Source of the DNA: an uncultured Clostridia bacterium
GTDB taxonomy: Bacteria > Bacillota > Clostridia > TANB77 > CAG-508
Length of the DNA stretch: 64,000 nt
NCBI GenBank assembly: GCA_904419495.1
Contig: CAJFRV010000012.1
Location: 7,133 to 71,132 of the forward strand
Reading direction: 5' to 3'
The notes beneath the pieces are model-generated. The model worked only from the letters and a program-made list of their open reading frames with translations. It was not told where the DNA came from and searched no databases. Position 1 is the stretch's first letter. Every line of letters starts with the position of its first letter. The translations under genes and the position numbers were made by a program. Below, one piece after another: positions 47,964 through 56,829 of the stretch.

Positions 47964-50205
47964 ATGAGTTATAACTTTAAAGAAATTGAAAAAAAATGGC
48001 AAGATAAATGGTATGCTGAAGGAACATTTAATGCAAAAGATGACTTCACAATGAAAAAATGGTTTGGATTAATCGAATTTCCATATCCATCAGGTCAAGG
48101 ACTTCACGTAGGACACCCTAGAAGTTATACTGCATTAGATATCATTGCAAGAAAGAGAAGAATGCAAGGATATAATGTATTATTCCCTATTGGATTTGAT
48201 GCCTTTGGATTACCAGCTGAAAATTATGCCATTAAAAATCATATTCATCCAAAAATCACTACTGAAAAAAATGTTAATCATTTTAGAGAACAATTGAAGT
48301 CAATTGGTTTTTCTTTTGATTGGTCAAGAGAAATTAATACAACTGACCCAGAATATTATAAATGGACACAATGGATTTTTATTCAATTATACAAACATGG
48401 ATTGGCATATAAAGCAACAATGCCTATTAAATGATGTAGATTATTTAGATAAAATTAAAGCTCAACAAAAAAATTGGATTGGTCGTTCTGAAGGTGCAGA
48501 AGTTACCTTTAAAATTGCTGGTTCTGATGAAACTTTAACAGTTTATACAACAAGACCAGATACCTTATTTGGTGCTACCTATATGGTTGTTGCTCCTGAA
48601 CATCACATAATTGACAAACTTTCTGATAGAATTACCAATATGGATGAAATTGAAGATTATAAACATCAAGCTTCTTTAAAATCTGATTTTGAAAGATCAG
48701 AACTAAATAAAGAAAAAACGGGTTGTGAAATAAAAGGAATTAAAGCCATTAATCCATTAACAAATGAAGAAATTCCTATCTGGATTTCTGATTATGTTTT
48801 AATTAGTTATGGTACTGGTAGCATTATGGCTGTACCCGGACATGATACACGTGATCATGAATTTGCAAAAAAATTCCATTTACCAATTGTTCAAGTTATT
48901 AAACCTGTTGATGAAACAATTAAATGTGATATTGATAAAGAAGCTTTTACAGATGTCGAAACTGGTATCTTAATCAATTCAGGATTTTTAAATGGTTTAC
49001 CTGTTGTAGATGCTAAGAAAAAAGTAATTGAATTTTTGGAAAGTAATCACATTGGTAAAGAACAAGTAAATTATAAATTACGTGATTGGGTATTTTCTAG
49101 ACAACGTTATTGGGGTGAACCAATCCCTATGGTTTATTGTGAAAAATGTGGTTGGGTTCCTGAAGTTGAAGATTATGAACCAAGTGAAAATGGTGAATCA
49201 CCTCTTGCAAGACATACAGAATGGGTAAATACCACTTGTCCTCATTGTGGTGGAAAAGCCAAAAGAGAAACAGATACAATGCCTCAATGGGCTGGTTCTT
49301 CTTGGTATTATCTAAGATATATGGATGCACACAATGATAAAGCTTTAGCCTCAAAAGAAGCATTAGAATACTGGTCACCTGTTGATTGGTATAATGGTGG
49401 TATGGAGCATACAACACTTCACTTACTATATTCAAGATTTTGGCATAAATTCTTATATGATATTGGTATCGTTCCAACAAAAGAGCCTTATCAAAAACGT
49501 ACCTCTCATGGAATGATTCTTGGAAGCAATGGAGAAAAAATGTCCAAATCTAAGGGTAATGTTGTTAATCCAGATGATATTGTTAATGAATTTGGTGCAG
49601 ATGCCTTTAGAGTTTATGAAATGTTTATGGGACCTTTTGATCAAACAGCTCCATGGTCTATGGAAAGTATTAGAGGTTGTGCAAAATTCTTAGATAGAGT
49701 TTGGAATCTTCAGACTTTATTAGTAGATGGCGAAGAATATTCTCCAAAATTTGAGAAAGAAATGCATAGAGCTATTAAAAAAGTATCTTCTGATATTGAA
49801 GAAATGAAATTTAATACATCTGTTTCAACCTTTATGACTCTAGTAAACGATTTTTACAAAGAAAAAACAATTAATAAAGCAGAATTTAAAACCTTTTTAC
49901 AACTGTTAAATCCTTTTGCACCACATATGACAGAAGAACTTTGGCAAACTGTATTAGGTGGCACAGAAATGCTAGCATATATGGAATGGCCTAAATATGA
50001 TGAAGAAAAGACCATTGCAGATGAAATTACTTTACCAATTCAATTTAATGGTAAATTAAAAGCAACGATTACGATTTCTTTAGATGAAGCTGAAGAAAGT
50101 GTTAAAGAAAAAGTGCATAAAGCTGTTAGTGATAAATTAGAGGATAAAACGATTGTAAAAGAAATTTATGTTAAAAATAAAATTTATAATATTGTTGTGA
50201 AATAA
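47964..50205 (+). pseudogene. leuS: Leucyl-tRNA synthetase, reading frame broken at 48429-48434 and apparently lacking the segment between the PxNW and NWIGRS motifs
   Basis: ORF 47943..48434 carries the N-terminus with the HIGH motif ([13 protein letters not shown]) and ends ...[13 protein letters not shown] 48304..50205, in the +1 frame, continues ...[27 protein letters not shown], then the CP1 editing domain ([12 protein letters not shown]), KMSKS (EKMSKSKGN) and the C-terminal domain. Confidence 0.8.
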
Positions 50206-50214
50206 TTAATTTAT

Positions 50215-50253
50215 AAAAGCCTATTAGTTATAAAAGCACACTAATAGGCTTTT
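50215..50253. terminator. Bidirectional hairpin terminator between leuS and the repeat-protein gene
   Basis: aaaagcctattagt-tataaaagcac-actaataggctttt. Confidence 0.7.
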
Positions 50254-50692
50254 ATGTATTTTGAATTTTTGAATTTAAAATATAAATTTGATGATCATGT
50301 TTTTCTAACATTTTTTCACATTTTGTAAGTCTTTTATTTTGTTCTTCAATTTTTTCTGTATTTACTTTAAATGCATCAAACAAAACTGCTAATTTTTCAC
50401 CATGTTCAACTTCGATTCTAGCAACAGATCCACTAATATTACGCAATTCCTGTTTGATTTCTGGTATTTCTTCCAACTGTTTTTTGATTTCTGGTATTTC
50501 TTCCAACTGTTTTTTGATTTTTGGTATCTCTTCCAATTGTTTTTTGATTTTTGGTATCTCTTCCAACTGTTTTTTGATTTTTGGTATCTCTTCCAATTGT
50601 TTTTTCATTTCCGGTATGTCTTTCACTTTGTCTTTTGTTTCTTGTAATTCTTTATATATTTTTAAAAGTAAATCTCGATTTGTGTTACTCAT
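50252..50692 (-). CDS. Coiled-coil protein with a tandem 10-aa repeat (EIP[KE]IKKQLE, about 5.5 units), unknown function
   Basis: 146 aa: ...DIPEMKKQLEEIPKIKKQLEEIPKIKKQLEEIPKIKKQLEEIPEIKKQLEEIPEIKQELRN... followed by ARIEVEHGEKLAVLFDAFKVNTEKIEE. Confidence 0.6.
   Translation of the reverse strand: MSNTNRDLLLKIYKELQETKDKVKDIPEMKKQLEEIPKIKKQLEEIPKIKKQLEEIPKIKKQLEEIPEIKKQLEEIPEIKQELRNISGSVARIEVEHGEKLAVLFDAFKVNTEKIEEQNKRLTKCEKMLEKHDHQIYILNSKIQNT
50458..50625. repeat. Tandem 30-nt coding repeat (about 5.5 units) inside ORF 50252..50692
   Basis: The unit tttctggtatttcttccaactgttttttga recurs head to tail at 50458, 50488, 50518, 50548 and 50578, with a few substitutions. Confidence 0.95.
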
Positions 50693-50927
50693 TCTTTCCC
50701 TCCTTTCTTTTTTTGATATTATATATTCTAAAATCCATCATGTCAACAAAAACATTTCGACAAAATTCTACATTTATATTATCCTTATTTTACGTTTCTC
50801 AGTTTTATTCCATTTATCATCAACATTTGTCATTAAACTGTAAAAAAGATTTAATCATATTGAAATATTCTTCATCTTTTCTTATAGTATAATATGGTTA
50901 GATAATTATATACTAAGGAGAATTAGA

Positions 50928-52031
50928 ATGAGTATTAAATCTGATTTAAAAAAGGATGGAATTGAAGTAATACAAAAACTTGATACTTTAAAAATAAATT
51001 CTATTGCTAAAAATATTGCTTCAAAGCTATGTCAAACATTTCCTTCATATGGATTAAATGAAAATGAGTTATTTATAAAATTATCTAGATTGGATATGTA
51101 TAGAGCTAAGATGCCTGAAGGAATGGCAGAAGCCAATTACTATTACAAAAATACGTCCATTTATTTTAATGAACACATTCCTGAAGAGGATATGGAAGAA
51201 TTTGCTATCCATGAATGTATCCATTATCTTCAAGAAATAAAAGATAAAAGAAACTACTTACTAAAAATGGGATTATGTGATTATACAGAATTTAAAATCT
51301 ATGGATTAGGTTTGAACGAAGCAGCTGTCCAATTAATGTCTTCAAAAGTCATTGGTATTCCTAAAGACTATGTAAAATACTTTGGAATTAGTTTCGAAAC
51401 AACAAGTCCTTCTTATTATCCTTTAGAATGTTGTTTAGTAAATCAGTTAGCTTTCATTACAGGTGAAGATGTTTTATTTAAGAGTACATTAAATAGTGAT
51501 GACAATTTTAAAATAAAATTCTCTCAATTAACTTCACCAAAAGCCTTTATGTCTATTCAAAACGCAATTGATGATATTCTTTTTGCAGAGGAAGATATTA
51601 TTAAATTAAACAATAAAATTGCCTTAGTTGAAGACAGAAATAAAAAAGTCGATGATATGGTTAAGAAAATTGATGATTTAAAAGAAAAAATAAAATTAAC
51701 GTTTTTAAGAACTCAAAATCTAATTATCTCTAGTTATTTTGATAAAGCTTTTATAAATATAACCAACTTAGAAGAGTTGGAAAATTATAGAAAAAAATTG
51801 TATGATATAAAATCTTATTTAGGATTCTCTGAAGGATATACTTTTTTTAATGATTATTATGTTGAGAAAATGTCCCAATTAGAACACAAATATAATATAC
51901 TAGAAAATGGTGGTATAGAAACTGCTATTAATATTCAGACCAAAACAGAAAGTAAATTTATAACTTTATTCAAAACCATTAAAAAATTCCTTTTAGGAAA
52001 ATCTTCGGAATCTCAAAAAAACGATATATAA
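50928..52031 (+). CDS. Hypothetical protein with an HExxH motif (putative zinc metallopeptidase)
   Basis: 367 aa. RBS AAGGAGA. FAIHECIHYLQE contains HECIH, and the C-terminal half looks helical/coiled. I recognise no other family signature. Confidence 0.4.
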   Translation: MSIKSDLKKDGIEVIQKLDTLKINSIAKNIASKLCQTFPSYGLNENELFIKLSRLDMYRAKMPEGMAEANYYYKNTSIYFNEHIPEEDMEEFAIHECIHYLQEIKDKRNYLLKMGLCDYTEFKIYGLGLNEAAVQLMSSKVIGIPKDYVKYFGISFETTSPSYYPLECCLVNQLAFITGEDVLFKSTLNSDDNFKIKFSQLTSPKAFMSIQNAIDDILFAEEDIIKLNNKIALVEDRNKKVDDMVKKIDDLKEKIKLTFLRTQNLIISSYFDKAFINITNLEELENYRKKLYDIKSYLGFSEGYTFFNDYYVEKMSQLEHKYNILENGGIETAINIQTKTESKFITLFKTIKKFLLGKSSESQKNDI

Positions 52032-52102
52032 AAATGAAGATACAATCTTTCTGATTTAGAGAATAATATGTGCGAATGAAAGAACATTATAAATTGTTGC
52101 AT

Positions 52103-52151
52103 AAAAAAGTAGGAGAATCTCAAACTTGCTTTGAGATTCTCCTACTTTTTT
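52103..52151. terminator. Bidirectional hairpin terminator
   Basis: aaaaaagtaggagaatctcaaa-cttgc-tttgagattctcctactttttt, between convergent genes 50928..52031 and 52217..53476. Confidence 0.8.
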
Positions 52152-52216
52152 ATGTTAGAATTTATTTGGACTGTAATGTTAGCCATATTATTCTCTAAAT
52201 CAGAAAGATTATATCT

Positions 52217-53476
52217 TCATTTTGCTATATTTTTTATCATACATTTTGCTGCTTCTCTTCCCGAATTTGCAGCCCATGCAACAGTTCCTTTTATTCCTGC
52301 CAAGTCCCCTCCAGAATAAATTTTAGGATTAGAAGTTCTATATTCTTCATCTATCTGTATGTTTCCCCATTTATTTAATTCCAATCCTAAATCTTTTACA
52401 TACTGTTGTGGTTTTGATCCTAATGCCATAACAATATAGTCTACATCTACTTGATAATTACTATTTTCAATATTGACAGGAGACAACCTGCTTTCTCCTT
52501 CTTTTTGAACTAACTTTGTTTTAATTAATTCTACACTTTCTACTTTTTTATCTCCTAATATCCTAACAATATTATTTTGAAAAGCAAATTTCACCCCTTC
52601 TGCTTTGGCATCTGCTATTTCCTTTTTTTCTGCTGGCATTTGTTCCTCTGCTCTTCTATAAACTACTGTTACCGTTTCTGCTCCTAATTTATTAATTGTT
52701 CTAGCACAATCCATTGCCACATTTCCTCCACCTGTAACAATTACTTTCTTGCCCTTATAATTAGGATGTAAATTATATTCTAATAATTCATTTCCTCCAT
52801 AAACACCTTCTAAGTTTTCTCCTTCAACTCCCATTTTAGAAGAACAATTTGCACCAATACTTAAAAATATTGCATCATATTCATTTTCTATGTCTTTCAA
52901 TGTAAAATCTTTTCCAAGTTCTTGACAATATTTTACTTCTATTCCTAAATCCAAAATATCTCTTACTGTATTTTCTACAATTTCTTTTGGTAGTCTAAAA
53001 TCTGGTATCCCGAACATTAGCAATCCACCTAAATAATCATATTTTTCATATATGGTTACTTTGATACCTTCTTTAGCTAAAAAAGCTGCACAAGTTAGTC
53101 CTGCTGGTCCTCCTCCGATTACTGATACTTTTTTATGTATCTTTTCTTCCTTTTGATAACAATCTGATAAATGATATCCTAATTCATGTGCTTTATCAAA
53201 TGCATATGCTTCTAATTCTCCTATTGAAACAGCTTCTCCTTTTATACCTCTTACGCATGAACCTTGACATTGCTTTTCATGAGGACAAATTCTTCCACAT
53301 ACTCCCGGTAAAACTGTTGTTTCTGATAAAATTTTGTAAGCAGAAAAATATTCTTCTTTTTTTAAAGCTTGAATAAAATCTGGTATTTGGTTATTCAACG
53401 GGCATCCTTTTAGAGAACATGGTTTTACTTTACAGTTCAAACAATAATTTACTTTTTCTTCTACTTCTTTTATCAC
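52217..53476 (-). CDS. GltD/NfnB-like NAD(P)H-dependent oxidoreductase (glutamate synthase small-subunit family, 2x[4Fe-4S] plus FAD/NAD)
   Basis: 419 aa. N-terminal Cys clusters CLNCKVKPC...GCP and CGRICPHEKQCQGSC. Dinucleotide folds VIGGGPAGLTCA and VTGGGNVAMDCA. Confidence 0.8.
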   Translation of the reverse strand: MIKEVEEKVNYCLNCKVKPCSLKGCPLNNQIPDFIQALKKEEYFSAYKILSETTVLPGVCGRICPHEKQCQGSCVRGIKGEAVSIGELEAYAFDKAHELGYHLSDCYQKEEKIHKKVSVIGGGPAGLTCAAFLAKEGIKVTIYEKYDYLGGLLMFGIPDFRLPKEIVENTVRDILDLGIEVKYCQELGKDFTLKDIENEYDAIFLSIGANCSSKMGVEGENLEGVYGGNELLEYNLHPNYKGKKVIVTGGGNVAMDCARTINKLGAETVTVVYRRAEEQMPAEKKEIADAKAEGVKFAFQNNIVRILGDKKVESVELIKTKLVQKEGESRLSPVNIENSNYQVDVDYIVMALGSKPQQYVKDLGLELNKWGNIQIDEEYRTSNPKIYSGGDLAGIKGTVAWAANSGREAAKCMIKNIAK

Positions 53477-53659
53477 TTTAAAAACCTCTTTTCACTTTTA
53501 TTAGTTTTCACTTATTTCCAGTTTAATTGAAATTTTTCAAACTGAACAATAACTATTTTTACAACGTTTATCATTTCTTTTTAAATTCTATAAAATATTT
53601 TACATTGTTTCTTTATTCTAGTCAATAAAACCGACTGACTATATATAAGAATTATACAT

Positions 53660-53910
53660 AACATATGTCACAGTTTAAACTAAATACTTGGGGACAAATA
53701 TATAATATAAATAAATGAAATAAATTTGCGTATCTAAATTTGAAGTTAGAAAGAACCAATAAAAATGTGAGGAATGTTCATTTTTAATGAAAGAGTCTCA
53801 CATTTTTATTGTGTTATTTCTACGAAAATTTAGCTTATACAAATTTGTGAATGATTTTATATTATATATTTGTCCCCAAGTATTTAGTCTGAACTGTAAC
53901 TAACATATTG
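53660..53910. repeat. Foldback element, family 5 (arms of ~110 nt)
   Basis: The left arm cacagtttaaactaaatacttggggacaaatatataatataaa... pairs with ...tttatattatatatttgtccccaagtatttagtctgaactgta. The outer ~40 nt are essentially perfect and the inner part is imperfect. The apical mini-hairpin is ttcatttttaatgaa. Confidence 0.9.
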
Positions 53911-53917
53911 TTAGCGT

Positions 53918-54469
53918 TTAGTATTTCATTTCTTCTACCACTTTTTGTAAGTCCTTTATAAAATCAATTTTTTTAGTCTCATCTCTTAATAATGCTGCTG
54001 GATGCCAAGTCGGCATATATTTGATCCCCTTTTTTTCTACCCATTTTCCTCTAGAAGCTGTAATACCATATTCTTTTCCTAAAATATTTTTTAGCGCAAC
54101 ACTTCCCAACAAAACAATAAATTCAGGTTGCACAAGAATTACTTGATTTCTTAAATAATCTAAACAAGCTGTTGCTTCATCTTCTTCTGGATTTCTATTT
54201 GCAGGAGGTCTACACTTTACAACATTTGCAATATATACTTCTTTTCTATCAATTCCCAATGTTTCAAATGCTAAATTCATCAATTTTCCTGCTCTTCCAA
54301 CAAAAGGTTCTCCTAATCTATCCTCATCTGCTCCCGGTCCTTCTCCAATAAACATTAGCTTCGCATCTTTTTTTCCTGTTCCAAATACAATGTGTTGTCT
54401 TGTTTTACACAATTTACATTTATTACAATTTTTAATAGATTCTTCTAATTCTTCCCATGTTTTAAACAT
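53918..54469 (-). CDS. Uracil-DNA glycosylase, family 4
   Basis: 183 aa. An N-terminal Cys pair (CNKCKLC) with further Cys downstream (KCRPP, ACLDY), as in family-4 Fe-S UDGs, then FIGEGPGADEDRLGEPFVGRAG and the HPAALLR motif. Confidence 0.85.
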   Translation of the reverse strand: MFKTWEELEESIKNCNKCKLCKTRQHIVFGTGKKDAKLMFIGEGPGADEDRLGEPFVGRAGKLMNLAFETLGIDRKEVYIANVVKCRPPANRNPEEDEATACLDYLRNQVILVQPEFIVLLGSVALKNILGKEYGITASRGKWVEKKGIKYMPTWHPAALLRDETKKIDFIKDLQKVVEEMKY

Positions 54470-54490
54470 TTTTACTTACATCCTTTTTAC

Positions 54491-55378
54491 TTAAATTAAT
54501 TCAATTATTGCAGTTTCTGTATTATAATTTTTCTTTTCAATTCGATAAGAGTGTATGATATCTGAATGGCAAACACTACAAATTCCCGAATCTATAATAT
54601 TTTCTGGTTTTAAGCCCTCTTTTTGAAGAAGGATTTTATTGATCAAAACAGTATCAATATTCCATTTTGTATTTTCTGTCTTTTCTTCTATAAAATCTGT
54701 TAGGTGAATTATTTTCTCACTACTTTCTTCTATATCTATAAATTTAGTATTTTCTAAATCGCTAAATTCATTTTGAAACATGTCTTTTACATCTTTTCCT
54801 ACTTCAAAATGGCATTTTCTTATACTTGGACATATACAACATATAATATCTTGTGGACAACTACCAAATTCATTAACCATTCTTTGAACTGTTTTTACAG
54901 AAATTCTTTGCAACGTTCCTCTCCATCCAGAATGTGTATTTGCAATTATGTGTTTTACTGGATCAAAAAATAATAGTAAGATACAATCTGCATTGGTTGT
55001 TGCTAATGCAAAATTCTTTTTATCTGTAATTAATCCATCCTCTATTCCCTCTTCTGCCAAACTAAAATCTGGTTCATTTATATTTACTTTTTTATAAACA
55101 TTTTTAATAATATCTGTATGATTTTGATTGGCTTGCACAATATGTGTATCATTACTTCCCATACTACTACATAATTTTTTATAAGATTTTTTTGCTAACT
55201 GCATTCTTTCTGGTGATGCTAATTTATGGTCTGGCGTTGTCGTTTTAAATCCTATATCTAAACCTAATGCATACGCATGACGAATTACCTCTTCATACTC
55301 TAATAATTTTCTAAATTGTAAATATTCTATATCCTTATCTTTTATATGAATCACATTTTTATTTGATAAATCTTTCAT
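54491..55378 (-). CDS. pgeF: Peptidoglycan editing factor PgeF / YfiH (laccase-domain, DUF152) protein
   Basis: 295 aa. Motifs TNADCILLLFFDP, HSGWRGT and CSVCHSDIIHSYR. Somewhat longer than I expect for the family. Confidence 0.75.
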   Translation of the reverse strand: MKDLSNKNVIHIKDKDIEYLQFRKLLEYEEVIRHAYALGLDIGFKTTTPDHKLASPERMQLAKKSYKKLCSSMGSNDTHIVQANQNHTDIIKNVYKKVNINEPDFSLAEEGIEDGLITDKKNFALATTNADCILLLFFDPVKHIIANTHSGWRGTLQRISVKTVQRMVNEFGSCPQDIICCICPSIRKCHFEVGKDVKDMFQNEFSDLENTKFIDIEESSEKIIHLTDFIEEKTENTKWNIDTVLINKILLQKEGLKPENIIDSGICSVCHSDIIHSYRIEKKNYNTETAIIELI

Positions 55379-55498
55379 AAATCCTTACATAAGATATTCT
55401 TTTTTCTAAATATCTTTTTCCCTCCTTTGGACTAACATAGATAAGTATTGTTTATATAAATAAAATCTTATTTTATAATCATATTCTCTTACAAATAT

Positions 55499-56797
55499 TT
55501 ATTTTACTTCATTTAATTCATCATATTTTCTTTCTTCATTAGAATATTCCTCTGGTTTTAAACCTACTCTTGTTTTCATATATTTTTGCATTAATATATA
55601 TATAATTGTAAATGCAGTACCTACCACAATCATACAATATACAGTTGCCATTTTATCTAATAAGAATGATGCTAATAATCCTGCTAACATCCTAAATACA
55701 CTTCTAAATAAATTATATGCTGCAAATATTTTTGTATCAATCTTTTCATTAGAAAAATTTCTAAGATATTTATCAATGATCGTATAAAACATTCCTAATC
55801 CAAAATTATATATAAAGAATGATAATATTACAAATATTAATAAAACGATATATGTTTTTGCAGATATCCCAAATATACCAGCCATAATTGTGCTTACTGA
55901 AAGTATCATACAAATTGTAAATAAGGACTGATTCCTAAATCTATTATGGAATTGTGCTTGTCTTTTAGAAGCAAAAGCACTTGCTAAACCACCTATTGCT
56001 GCAATGATTCCTATGATAAAAGAAGATAGCCCTATATCCTCTTGTAAACTAACATGATATGTTTGTAATATGGATAATAAAGCATATATCAATGAAGCAC
56101 ATAGTATTAAAGCTTTCAATCTTTCTGATTTTAAAATAAACGCAAATCCTTCTTTTACATTTCGCATTTCTACTTTATACATTAACATAGCATTACCCTT
56201 TTTCTTTTTCTTAATTGGCTCTATAAAACCAATAGATAAAATTGTAACAATAATTAATACAGCTAATGATAATATAACTGGTAAATATCCATTAATCGTA
56301 AATAAAGCACCTGCAATTACCTTCGAAATGGAATTAAATATATAATATCCTGATGCTCCTTTTGCACTAATTTTAGAATATATTTGACTTTTATATCTTG
56401 ATGGTGGAATTGATTCATTTAATAAACTTGGTTCTGCTACATTTTTTATGGAAAATGACATACTACTAAAAAATTCTGCAACAATTAAATCAAACAAACT
56501 TCCACTCATCATGATGATTACCATATAAAGACAACTTAAAATATTTCCTAATATAATACTATTTTTTCTTCCTAGGAATTCTACAATAATATTTGCAGGA
56601 ATTTGTAAAACAATACTAAAAAATGCATAAAATGTACTTTTTAGCATAACATCTGCCGCACTAATTCCTTTTATTTGTGTTAAAAATAGAAAATCAATTG
56701 TATAGAAAAATAAATAATCCCATGCCAATTTTTTATATGTTGGAAATATTCTCATATTGGTCTTTCTCATCATTCGAGTCTCTTCCTTTGTTCCCAT
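55499..56797 (-). CDS. MFS transporter
   Basis: 432 aa, about 12 hydrophobic segments, with a charged loop (KKKKKGN) in the middle. Confidence 0.7.
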   Translation of the reverse strand: MGTKEETRMMRKTNMRIFPTYKKLAWDYLFFYTIDFLFLTQIKGISAADVMLKSTFYAFFSIVLQIPANIIVEFLGRKNSIILGNILSCLYMVIIMMSGSLFDLIVAEFFSSMSFSIKNVAEPSLLNESIPPSRYKSQIYSKISAKGASGYYIFNSISKVIAGALFTINGYLPVILSLAVLIIVTILSIGFIEPIKKKKKGNAMLMYKVEMRNVKEGFAFILKSERLKALILCASLIYALLSILQTYHVSLQEDIGLSSFIIGIIAAIGGLASAFASKRQAQFHNRFRNQSLFTICMILSVSTIMAGIFGISAKTYIVLLIFVILSFFIYNFGLGMFYTIIDKYLRNFSNEKIDTKIFAAYNLFRSVFRMLAGLLASFLLDKMATVYCMIVVGTAFTIIYILMQKYMKTRVGLKPEEYSNEERKYDELNEVK

Positions 56798-56829
56798 CTA
56801 AAACCTCCTTTTTCTTTTGTGTCCTTTCT

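Noticed and set aside
50458-50625. Regular 30-nt direct repeats that at first glance look like a CRISPR array
   Set aside because: The repeats are strictly head to tail with no spacers. They lie wholly inside an ORF and translate into a coherent 10-aa repeat (EIPKIKKQLE). No cas genes are nearby.
52131-52319. 62-aa plus-strand ORF
   Set aside because: It starts inside the bidirectional terminator hairpin and overlaps the 3' end of the GltD-like gene on the other strand. It has no RBS and a hydrophobic, nonsense-like sequence.
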